This document shows positions 9,382-17,798 of a DNA stretch of 64,000 bases, in pieces. Position numbers and translations under genes: made by a program. Source of the stretch: Planctomycetota bacterium (lineage in GTDB: Bacteria > Planctomycetota > UBA1135 > GCA-002686595); assembly GCA_044228975.1 (NCBI GenBank), contig JBGATX010000002.1, positions 31,122 to 95,121 of the forward strand. The letters are read 5' to 3'. The notes under the pieces are model-generated. The model was given only the letters and a program-made list of their open reading frames with translations, made no database searches and was not told the origin of the DNA. How positions within the stretch are numbered: position 1 is the first letter of the stretch; every line of letters starts with the position of its first letter.

Positions 9382-10155
9382 TCAGGTCGCGCCGAGCAGC
9401 GCGTCGCCGACGAAGACCTCGACCGGCACGCCGGCCTTCGAGGTGACCTCGGCGACGATCTCGGAGATGCGGCCCTTGGGCGCGGGCTTGACCTTCTTCG
9501 ACTTCGAGTCGCCGGTCAGGATGTGCACCGCGCGCGGCTTGAGCTCGGTGATCTTCTTCAGCCAGGCCTTCACTTCGGCGTCGCTCGAATTGTCGGCCTC
9601 GCCACGCACGAAGCGGGCTTGGATGATCAGGTTCTCGCAGTGACCGAGGTGAGCGCAGAGGTTGTTGAAGTCCGTGCTCTTGCGGCCGGTGAGCGCCGCA
9701 TACGTCTTCGCCGTGCCCCACTCGAAGCGCACGACGACGCGATCGTAGATTCCCATCGCGTGGCGCACCTCGGGGTCGTCGACGCGCGGCATGTCGGTCG
9801 CGAGCACCAGCGTGCCCTTCGAGTACCACTTGGCGCGCAGGTCCCTCAAGTTCTGGGTGACTTCCTTGAACTCGGGGTGCATCGTCGGATCAGCTTCGGA
9901 GCCCCAGACGACGACGGAGTCGAGCTTCTCACCGCTCTTGGACTGCCGGATGAGGTGGCGCGCCGCCGTCGTGATGACGTAGGACGCGCGCGGCATGCGC
10001 ACGTCGCGGCTGACGACCATGCCCGATTCGGCGCAGGTCAGGTCCACGCCCAGGCAGATCCCGAAGCGTTCGCTCTTGGCCGGGCCACTGAAGACCGGGC
10101 TTTCGAGGACGGTGGGCAGGGCGGGCTTCGCGGGGGTAAGGGACGGTTCCGGCAT
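9382..10155 (-). CDS. conserved hypothetical protein, possibly a radical-SAM-like barrel lacking CxxxCxxC
   Basis: Track ORF 9382..10170. I prefer ATG 10155, which is preceded by the purine-rich GAGAGAGAGG. High third-position GC and non-repetitive composition. The functional guess is weak (see findings). Confidence 0.6.
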   Translation of the reverse strand: MPEPSLTPAKPALPTVLESPVFSGPAKSERFGICLGVDLTCAESGMVVSRDVRMPRASYVITTAARHLIRQSKSGEKLDSVVVWGSEADPTMHPEFKEVTQNLRDLRAKWYSKGTLVLATDMPRVDDPEVRHAMGIYDRVVVRFEWGTAKTYAALTGRKSTDFNNLCAHLGHCENLIIQARFVRGEADNSSDAEVKAWLKKITELKPRAVHILTGDSKSKKVKPAPKGRISEIVAEVTSKAGVPVEVFVGDALLGAT

Positions 10156-10221
10156 GTGCCTCTCTCTCACACGGCCGCAGATGCGCCGAACACCAAAGGT
10201 AATCGCTCGCGCGCAATCTTC

Positions 10222-10479
10222 CTAGCTCCTGCCGCTCGTCGGAGGCGCTCGAGTGCTCGCCGCGCGCGCACCGCGGGAGCATGCTCTAGCGGCGAGCACG
10301 CTCGCCAACGCGCATCGAATTGGATGGTCGGCGCAGGTCCGCAACCACCGGATCGGGAGCGGTTCGCCCACCGACGGAGCGCTGTCGGCCATCGCGCAAA
10401 GCACGGCGATGACCGCGAGTGCGATCAACCCGTAGTGGGTCGGGGCCAACGTCGCCCCAATGGATGGATGGTGATCCAC
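10222..10479 (-). CDS. possible small membrane protein
   Basis: GTG start preceded by GAGGAA at about -10. The N-terminal half has one clear TM helix (YGLIALAVIAVLCAMA). The C-terminal third looks like Ala/Arg/Ser shadow, so the length is doubtful. Confidence 0.3.
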   Translation of the reverse strand: MDHHPSIGATLAPTHYGLIALAVIAVLCAMADSAPSVGEPLPIRWLRTCADHPIRCALASVLAARACSRGARAASTRAPPTSGRS

Positions 10480-10699
10480 GATTTCCTCGCTTCGTCCCGG
10501 TCGGCCTGAGGGGTCCGCTCCTCCGAAGACCTCACCCGAGACGACGCGCGCTCGCGGCCGCGATTGCGGGCTCGGTCGGAACGCGGGAACTCGAGACCCG
10601 AGCGCCGCGTCGCGATGCGGTGAGAATCGTGGCCGACATCGCAGGCTCCGGCGCGCGCGCAGCGCGGACGCGCGAGTCGACGCGTCGTGGACGGGCGGC

Positions 10700-13600
10700 T
10701 CAACGGGGCGGCAAGGCCAGTTCGACGGTCAGCGCCCCGCCGACGGTCGCTGGCACGACGAACTCGATCGCCGCGGAACGCCCACCCGGCGAGGCGATTT
10801 CGGCGCGATGGGGACCGGGGTCGAGTTGCCAGTGCAGCTCGGTCTCCTCAGCTGCCGCGCGACCGCATTCGCCCCACCACAGGACCTGACCGTCAGCGCC
10901 GCGGAGAACGAGCTCCGCTCGCACGCTCCCTTGCAGATGCTCGAGTCCACGGATCCGAAGTGTGACCGCCTCCCCCGGCGCGAGCGGCAGGTCGATGCGC
11001 GCCTCCTCGCCGCCGACGACGGTCACCGTCCGTGCCGCGACCGCCGCCTGCTCCAAGCGGGCCAACACGACGCGGTAGCGCCCCGGCGGCAACGGCCGTG
11101 AGCGCGCCACGTCCTCCCTCACCTCCATCCACTGCGCCGGCCGCCCGCCCTCGCCCAGCACGACGATCTGCGCGGCGGCGCCAACGAGTCCCGGTGCGCG
11201 ACGCAGGTTCACGACCAGCGCGCCTCCGGTGCCGAGCGGCAGGTCGCCGACGTCCCAACTCTCGTCCGCTCGCAGGTTCCGCGGCTCCACGCTCCTTGCA
11301 GCCCACCCCGCGACGTGCGCGTCGACCTCGAGACTCCATTCGCCGGGCGGCAGGGCGGCAAACTCGAAGCAGCCCGATTCGGGGTCGGGGTGTGTCAACG
11401 TCGTGCCGAGCGAAGCGCACCGCGCGACCACGTCCGCATTGCGCACCGGACGACGTTGCTCATCGACGAGCCGCCCGCGGATGCGCGTCGAGGGCAGGAG
11501 CGCGGGATCCGGCCGCAGCACGACCTCCGCTTCGCCGGGTCGCGCGGCTTCGATGCGCGCGAGCGGGAAGGGGCTCACCGCGCGGCCGAAGAGCGTCACG
11601 TCGACTGCTTGCGGACAATCGTGGAGCACGAATCGTCCGTCGGCGTCGGTGCGCGCTTCCGCGAACGGCCGGTACGCGTCCACCGACCTCGGCTCCAGCG
11701 CTTCCACGTGACGGCTGCCGCGCACGAGCCAGCCGTCGAGCTTCGCGCCGTCGAGTTCGATGCGTCCGTGCAGCTCCGCGCCGCCACAGAGCTCGGGATC
11801 CCAGACCACGTCCGCTCCCGCGACGAGGTCGAACGCGCGAGTCACCGATCCCGATGCGTTCGCCGGGCCTGCAGCTCCCGTTCGCGCCGTCTCGACGCGC
11901 ACGCGCAACGGACCGGAGCCGAGATCCTCCAGCGCGAACGAACCGTCGGCGGAGCTGCGCGTGCTCGCGCGCGCGAAGAAGCTCGTGCCCTCGCTCGTGA
12001 TGAGCGCGTCGGAGAGCGCCTGTCCGCTCGCATCGCGCACGCGACCGTGGAGGCGCGCGCATCGTTCGAGCCGTACATCGAGGTGGCGCATCGCGCGCGT
12101 GTCGCAGCGGCCGCTCCACGGAGCGCAGCCGCGAGCGCGCACTTGCACCGGCAATTCGTCCAGGGCGACGCCGTCGAGAGCGAACCCACCCGAGGAATCG
12201 GTCACGACGAGCTCGCCGATCGGCGCCTGTGCGACCGTGCCGTCGGCTTGGGTCCTGTACGCGATCTCGCGCTCGGATCCGACCAGGACCTGCGCGCCCT
12301 CAAGCGGTTCGCCCGACGGGCCGTACACGCGACCGGAGAGACGCGTGCCTTCCCCTTCGAAGACGAGCGTCACGTCGGCGACCGAACGCGGCGCTCCGCT
12401 GAGCACGAACTGCCGCGTCGGAGCGCGGTCGCGCGCTCGCGCCGAGAGGCACGCTCCCACGCGCGCGGGCGTCGAGCGCAGTGCGAAACGTCCGTTGGCG
12501 TCGGAGCGCGCGACGAGGAAGACGTCGTACGCTGCCTCGCTCGCGCCCGAACTGAGCAGGACGGCGGCGTCCGCGACCGGCGCACCCGCCGCGTCGACGA
12601 CGCAACCGCGCACGGCGATGCCTTCGGGGATCGAGAGCTCGATGTCCGCCGATTCATTCGTGCGCACCTGCGCGAACGCGAGCCCGCCGAGGCTGGCGCG
12701 CGCGAGCCATGCACCCGCGGGGAGCTCGCTGAACTCGACTCGACCCTGCTCGTCCGTCCGCGCGCGTCGCGTCGCCGAGTTCGAACGCAGCTCTTGAGCA
12801 TCGGCACGGAGCTCGATCCGTCGCGCTGGCGTTCCATCGGAAGCCCACACGACGTGGACGCGCAGCGTGCCGAGCTCGGACGATCGCGCAGGCTCGGCGC
12901 CGCGCCGCGCGTCGACGACCGGTTCGCGTGCGTCGGGCCCCGCAACCTGCACGGCGAGCTCTCGCGACGTCGAGACGTCGGCGGCGGGTTCCGCCGCGGA
13001 CGTCGGCGCCGGCGTTCGCACGGAGGACGCGTCTCGCGCGACCCACCACCAGCCCGAGATCAGGCACAGCGCCAGTGCCGCAACGGTCGAAGCGAGCTTG
13101 TGCGTCGTGGTCATCGTGGTGGCCCAGGGCGAGAGCCCGCGGGAGAAGACTCCGAACCCGCGCGCCAGTCGCGGCGGATCGAGCGCCAGGCCGCGCACGA
13201 GCGCGAGGCTCCACGCGTCGGAGCGATGCGAGCGGCGCAGTTCCTCGCGCAAGCGCGCGAGGCCGCGCTTCACGCGCGAGCGCGCCGTCTCCAAGGGTGC
13301 GTTGGTGCGCCGCGCGACCTCGCGCAGCTCGAGCCCATCGAGGTAGTGAAGGACGAGCGTGCCGCGCAACGGCTCTTCGAGCGCGAGCACGGCTTCGACC
13401 AGTTCGCGGCGCGCCTGCTCCTGTTCGAGGAGCTCGTCCGGCGAAGGGAAGCCGTCGCGCCGGCCTGCGTGACGCGCGTCGCGTTCGGCGCGCCGTTGAA
13501 CCTCGCGTTGCGCGGCCGAGCGGCGCGCGGAGCGCAGCGCGATGCTGCGCACGACGACCGCGAGCCACGCGCGCGGCGAGCGCAGGTCGCGCGGCGCGTG

Positions 13601-13735
13601 CTGCAACGCCGTCAGCCAGGTCTCCTGCTCGACGTCGCGCGCGAGGTCGGCGTCGAAGACGAGCTCCCGCGCGAGCGCGCGCACGAAGCCGGCGTGGCGC
13701 AGCAGCACTTCGGGATCTTGGGCGGGGCGGAGCAT
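10700..13735 (-). CDS. ECF sigma-70 domain fused to a TM helix and a ~770-aa extracytoplasmic region of carboxypeptidase-regulatory-like repeats
   Basis: Single uninterrupted 1011-aa ORF. Sigma region 2 (DVEQETWLTAL), region 4 HTH (LELREVARRTNAPLETARSRVKRGLARLRE), TM LASTVAALALCLISGWWWV, then repeated GRV.D..G.P...A.V...TD..G.F.L-type modules. Confidence 0.8.
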   Translation of the reverse strand: MLRPAQDPEVLLRHAGFVRALARELVFDADLARDVEQETWLTALQHAPRDLRSPRAWLAVVVRSIALRSARRSAAQREVQRRAERDARHAGRRDGFPSPDELLEQEQARRELVEAVLALEEPLRGTLVLHYLDGLELREVARRTNAPLETARSRVKRGLARLREELRRSHRSDAWSLALVRGLALDPPRLARGFGVFSRGLSPWATTMTTTHKLASTVAALALCLISGWWWVARDASSVRTPAPTSAAEPAADVSTSRELAVQVAGPDAREPVVDARRGAEPARSSELGTLRVHVVWASDGTPARRIELRADAQELRSNSATRRARTDEQGRVEFSELPAGAWLARASLGGLAFAQVRTNESADIELSIPEGIAVRGCVVDAAGAPVADAAVLLSSGASEAAYDVFLVARSDANGRFALRSTPARVGACLSARARDRAPTRQFVLSGAPRSVADVTLVFEGEGTRLSGRVYGPSGEPLEGAQVLVGSEREIAYRTQADGTVAQAPIGELVVTDSSGGFALDGVALDELPVQVRARGCAPWSGRCDTRAMRHLDVRLERCARLHGRVRDASGQALSDALITSEGTSFFARASTRSSADGSFALEDLGSGPLRVRVETARTGAAGPANASGSVTRAFDLVAGADVVWDPELCGGAELHGRIELDGAKLDGWLVRGSRHVEALEPRSVDAYRPFAEARTDADGRFVLHDCPQAVDVTLFGRAVSPFPLARIEAARPGEAEVVLRPDPALLPSTRIRGRLVDEQRRPVRNADVVARCASLGTTLTHPDPESGCFEFAALPPGEWSLEVDAHVAGWAARSVEPRNLRADESWDVGDLPLGTGGALVVNLRRAPGLVGAAAQIVVLGEGGRPAQWMEVREDVARSRPLPPGRYRVVLARLEQAAVAARTVTVVGGEEARIDLPLAPGEAVTLRIRGLEHLQGSVRAELVLRGADGQVLWWGECGRAAAEETELHWQLDPGPHRAEIASPGGRSAAIEFVVPATVGGALTVELALPPR

Positions 13736-14055
13736 GTTCGTGCCGCACTAGAGTCTCGCTCCCCGTCGTGCGGGTGAAACGAAGTGCCCGAAACTCGCTT
13801 CGAAGCGCGAACCCGGTCGATCCTGCGCCGGCGCAAGGCGCTGCGAGCCGCCTCGTGCGCGGATGACGCGGCCGGCGCCCGGCGCTGGTATCGTCGCGCG
13901 CTCCGGCGCGACTTCATCGGCGCACAGCGCCGTTCGGTGCTGGCGCGACCTCGCGCACGACCTCTTCGCCCGTGCGCGCGGGTTGCAGGTCTTGGTCTGC
14001 GCTGAGCAGCGCACGACGAGTTCGACACGCTCGCGGGCGGTCCCTCGACAGACGT

Positions 14056-14748
14056 CTACGCCGGCGTGCGCGCCGAGAGCCACAGGCTGCCGGCTTCGTG
14101 GAGCTCGACCTGCGTCGCCCAGTCCGGCGCATGACGGTTGGGGACGAACTGTGCCGGGTCGCCGGGACCGCGCGAATCGCGCAGGCGCTCGTGCGCGACC
14201 TCCACGAAACCGGCAGCTTCGAGCGACGCGACCCAACCGCGCGTGTCGAGGCGTTGCATCTCCAGGCCGACGAGGCCGCTCCAGCTCGCCGATGGCCGGT
14301 TCTCGGCGAACTGGTCGATGACGAAGTCGAACGAGGCACCTGGGCGCAGCACGCGGCGCACTTCGCGCAGCGCGCGCGAGAGATCGACGGCGTAGTAGAG
14401 CGCTTCCATCGAGAACGCGCGCTCGAAGCTCGCGTCGGGAAACGGCAGGGCCTCGAAGCGCGCGACCTCGAAGCGCGCGCGCACGCTGAGCGGCGTCAGC
14501 TCCTGCGCTCGCGCGACCATCGCCGACGAGCAATCGATGCCGACCGCGCTCGCGCCGACGGCGGCACGGGCGAGCAACCGCGTCGCCCAGCCGTTGCCGC
14601 AGCCCAGATCGAGTGCCCGCTCGCCGGTGCGCACACGCAGGCGCTGGAGGACTTGCAGCACGACGTCGGAATGGCCGTGCTCCATCGATTCGGCGCGTCC
14701 GTTGACGGCCCACTCGTCGAAGACCTGCGCGATGCGCTCGTGCGTCAC
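14056..14748 (-). CDS. class I SAM-dependent methyltransferase
   Basis: Motif I ALDLGCGNGWAT plus DCSSAMV and FSMEALYY. The N-terminus HERIAQVFDEWAVNGRAESMEHGH argues for the in-frame GTG at 14748 rather than the internal ATG. The start is uncertain. Confidence 0.8.
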   Translation of the reverse strand: MTHERIAQVFDEWAVNGRAESMEHGHSDVVLQVLQRLRVRTGERALDLGCGNGWATRLLARAAVGASAVGIDCSSAMVARAQELTPLSVRARFEVARFEALPFPDASFERAFSMEALYYAVDLSRALREVRRVLRPGASFDFVIDQFAENRPSASWSGLVGLEMQRLDTRGWVASLEAAGFVEVAHERLRDSRGPGDPAQFVPNRHAPDWATQVELHEAGSLWLSARTPA

Positions 14749-14800
14749 GTGGCGCAGGATAGCTTCGGCGCCGCGGCGCGAGCAGCGCGCGACGTCGAGT

Positions 14801-16000
14801 TCAGCGCGCCGCCGCGTGCTCCTCGCGACGCGCGCATTCCGCGACGATGTCGTCGAGCGGCCGGAACACCACCTCCCAGTCGTAGTTCTGCTCGACGAAG
14901 GCACGCGCGCGCCGGCCGAGCTCCGCGGCCTGTTGCGGAGCGCGCAGGAGCCCGACGACGGCCTGCGCGAAGCCGGACGCGTCATCGCGCACGAGATAAT
15001 CGCGCTCCGGCCTCCCGTCGACGCCTTGCGTCGCGCAAGTCGTGCCCACGACGGAGAGCCCCATGGCGAGCGCCTCGAGCACCTTGTTCTGGATCCCGCG
15101 CGCGATGCGCAGCGGCGCGACCGAGACCTGCGCCTTCCCGATCCACGTGCGCGTGTCGTCGACGAAGCCGGTGACCGTCACGCCCGGGATCGAGCTCAGC
15201 GCGCTCACGTCCGCGCTGGGATGCGAGCCCACGATCGTGAAACGCGCCTCGGGGACGTCACGGCGCACGAGCGGCAGGATCTCGCGCGCGAACCACACGC
15301 AGCCGTCGACGTTGGGGTAGTAGTTCATCACGCCGGTGAAGACGATGTGACCCGGCTCGGGCGGCGTCTTCGCGGGCTGGAACCAGTTGAGATCGACGCC
15401 GTTGCGCAGCACGGTGGCGCGCGCTCCGGGAATGCGCTCGTGGAAGATGCGTTCCTCGAGCGGCGTGCAGAAGACGTTCTGCGTGAAGGCTCGCGCGACG
15501 CGTGCCTCGAAGCGCTCGAGCGTGCGCGCCTCACGCGCGTAGACCCAGCTCATCGGGAAGCGCGTGCGCTCCGCGTACTGGCGCCACTTGTCCGAGTCGA
15601 GCTCGCCGAAGTGCATCACGCGCGGCTTCGTGACGTGCTTCTCGAGGAACGCTCCCATCGACGACGAGTAGGCATAGGCCATGTCGCACTCGGGGATGAG
15701 CGCGTCGACGATCGCCTGCAACTCGCGCGAGCCGTACACGCCGAGCGTCAGCGGCGTGCGCGTCGCGAGCAGCGGCAACGAACGCGCGCGCGCCCAGCGA
15801 TCGTGGTAGCGCACGAAGTGGCACGGAATGCCCTTGGCGACGAGCTCCCCCGCCGCCGCGACGTCCTTCTCGTCGTGCGCGAAGGCCACCGCGACGACCT
15901 CGTGCGCGCGCCGCATGCGCTCGACCAGGCGCCAGGTCGTGATCTTGTCGCCGCGGTTGGGCGGGTAGGGGACGCGCTGGGACAGGAAGAGGATGCGCAC
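14801..16000 (-). CDS. GT4-family glycosyltransferase of the exopolysaccharide (PEP-CTERM/EpsH1-associated-like) type
   Basis: In-frame GTG at 16000 gives (M)RILFLSQRVPYPPNRGDKITTWRLV, about 399 aa. C-terminal GT1/GT4 core APLRIARGIQNKVLEALAMG. The upstream part of the track ORF is shadow. Confidence 0.85.
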   Translation of the reverse strand: MRILFLSQRVPYPPNRGDKITTWRLVERMRRAHEVVAVAFAHDEKDVAAAGELVAKGIPCHFVRYHDRWARARSLPLLATRTPLTLGVYGSRELQAIVDALIPECDMAYAYSSSMGAFLEKHVTKPRVMHFGELDSDKWRQYAERTRFPMSWVYAREARTLERFEARVARAFTQNVFCTPLEERIFHERIPGARATVLRNGVDLNWFQPAKTPPEPGHIVFTGVMNYYPNVDGCVWFAREILPLVRRDVPEARFTIVGSHPSADVSALSSIPGVTVTGFVDDTRTWIGKAQVSVAPLRIARGIQNKVLEALAMGLSVVGTTCATQGVDGRPERDYLVRDDASGFAQAVVGLLRAPQQAAELGRRARAFVEQNYDWEVVFRPLDDIVAECARREEHAAAR

Positions 16001-16297
16001 GGGGTGAGAGTATCGGAGCGAGCCGCGCGGATCCCGGGTCGGCCGCACGCCGTCGACGCGGACCGTGTCGCCTGGGTTGCACGGTCCGCCGATCGAAGTC
16101 GCACCCACGGAAATTCGTCCATCGTGGAACAACGAGACCCGCTGCGGGCGTCTACAGTCACGTCCAGCCGGACTCCCGCGGTCGAATGCGCGCTCGCGGC
16201 CCCGCGCCGGATCCTCGATCTCTGCCGCCGGCGCCGCACCTCCACAAGGAAGCCGAGGCGGTGAGCACGCGACGCGCGTTCCGTCCACTCGCCGGCG

Positions 16298-16843
16298 ATG
16301 ATCGACAGCGTGGGACCCGCACGAGTTCGTCCGCTCGGCGCTCGACGACGACCCTCTTCCTGCCTCTCGTTCTGCGGCAACGGCGATCCCAACCGCATCC
16401 CGTGTCCGTGCGGCAACAACGGAACGGATCCGGCGGCGGGCTGCGCCAACTCGCTCGATCCCGCGGGCGCCGTCGTGACCACGACCGGTTTCGCTGCGTC
16501 CGACGACGTCCGGCTGCACTCGACGGGCATGACGGGCTCGGTCTGCATCTTCATTCGCACGCTCGGCCCGGCGCAGGTCAATGGAGCGGCCTTCGACGAC
16601 GGCATCACGTGCACCGGAGCGTCCTTGCTGCGCCTGCGTGCGATCTCGTTCACCGGCGGCATCACCGGCACCGCGACGTTCCCCGAGCCCACGCCTCCGA
16701 CGATCACGCTCTCGGCGCGCAGCGGGACGTTCCCGGGCTCCGGTGCGGCGATGCAGTACGCGAGCTACTACCGCAACGCCGCGACCGCGTTCTGTCCGCC
16801 GTTCACCTTCAACACCTCGAACACGATCCAGATCACCTGGTGA
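16298..16843 (+). CDS. stand-alone Cys-rich CPCGNNG-domain protein (no signal peptide seen)
   Basis: 181-aa ORF with an in-frame TGA at 16262 and no earlier start. High third-position GC. Colinear similarity to the C-terminal ~150 aa of ORF 22161..23555 (FC.G.G...CPCGNNG..GC.NS...DDGI.C.G...RL...YRNAA.FC.P...N...I.W). Confidence 0.6.
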   Translation: MIDSVGPARVRPLGARRRPSSCLSFCGNGDPNRIPCPCGNNGTDPAAGCANSLDPAGAVVTTTGFAASDDVRLHSTGMTGSVCIFIRTLGPAQVNGAAFDDGITCTGASLLRLRAISFTGGITGTATFPEPTPPTITLSARSGTFPGSGAAMQYASYYRNAATAFCPPFTFNTSNTIQITW

Positions 16844-16850
16844 GCGGCGG

Positions 16851-16876
16851 ATCGCGCTCTGGAGCGCGATTTCTGG
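16851..16876 (+). terminator. candidate intrinsic terminator between convergent genes
   Basis: Perfect 8-bp stem ATCGCGCT/AGCGCGAT (16851-16858 and 16863-16870) with loop CTGG, followed by TTCTGG. Starts 8 nt after the stop at 16843. Confidence 0.4.
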
Positions 16877-16930
16877 ACGCGCGAGGCCACCGCGAGCGCG
16901 TGAGTCCCGGGCCGGCCGGGCGAGGCGCTA

Positions 16931-17557
16931 TCAGTCGTCCGAGTCGAAGGAACGGCCGAAGCCGCTCTCGCGCATGCGAGCTTGCAGCCTCTGCCAGCGT
17001 TTCGAGACCGCGTCGGCGCTCATCTCGAGCAGCTCACCCGCGCGCGCGCAGGAGAGTCCTTCGATGCCGTGCATGAGCAGCACCGCGCGATCGACGGGCT
17101 CGAGCGAGTCGATGTAGTCGTTCAGTCGCTGCAGCATCTCGTCGCGCGCGACCGCGCGCGTGAGCGTGGTGAGCGAGTCGCGCCTGGCCTCCAGCGCCGC
17201 GTCGGGCGCGCTCGGCATGCGCCTGCCGAGGCGACGCCGGGAATCACACGCCTCGTTCCAGACATGTTTGGCGAAGCCGAACACCCAGCCGCGGAACGAG
17301 CCCTTCGAGCCGTCGAATTCGTGCAAGCGCGGCAGGACTCGCACCCACACCTCGCTGACGAAGTCCTCGTTCTCGACCGGCAGGCCCAGCCCCGACTTCT
17401 TCTGTGCGCGCACCCAGACGAGCAGGTGCGGGACGAGGCGCAGGTAGAGCGCTTCGGTGGCGTCCTTGTCCTTTGCGCGCGCTCGTTCCGACAGCGCGTC
17501 CGTGGACTCGTGGTCGGGCTGCGGCTCGCCGGGCGCGGAGTGTGCTTCGGCCACCAT
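16931..17557 (-). CDS. ECF-type RNA polymerase sigma factor (ECF43-like context)
   Basis: ATG 17557 within track ORF 16931..17800. Region 2 DFVSEVWVRVLPRLHEFD...FRGWVFGFAKHVW. Region 4 VDRAVLLMHGIEGLSCARAGELLEMSADAVSKRWQRLQARM. Divergent from the kinase gene. Confidence 0.85.
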   Translation of the reverse strand: MVAEAHSAPGEPQPDHESTDALSERARAKDKDATEALYLRLVPHLLVWVRAQKKSGLGLPVENEDFVSEVWVRVLPRLHEFDGSKGSFRGWVFGFAKHVWNEACDSRRRLGRRMPSAPDAALEARRDSLTTLTRAVARDEMLQRLNDYIDSLEPVDRAVLLMHGIEGLSCARAGELLEMSADAVSKRWQRLQARMRESGFGRSFDSDD

Positions 17558-17798
17558 GGAATCGTTCGTACGATACCGTCGGCGTCCGGCGCGAGCGGCG
17601 AGATCGAGAAAGCGCGTCGCCGGTGCTCGATTCCTCGGAACGAAACGTCCGCTGGCGGCCTCGGAGTGCAAGACACGCCGACGCTGCTCCTCGATCCGTC
17701 GCTGCCGCGGCGAAGTACGCGCGCGTTGCGCGTAGACGGTCGCGCAGCGTGGCCGTAGCTTGGGGCCGCGCCGTCGTTCCCGCGCGGGCGCAGTTCGC

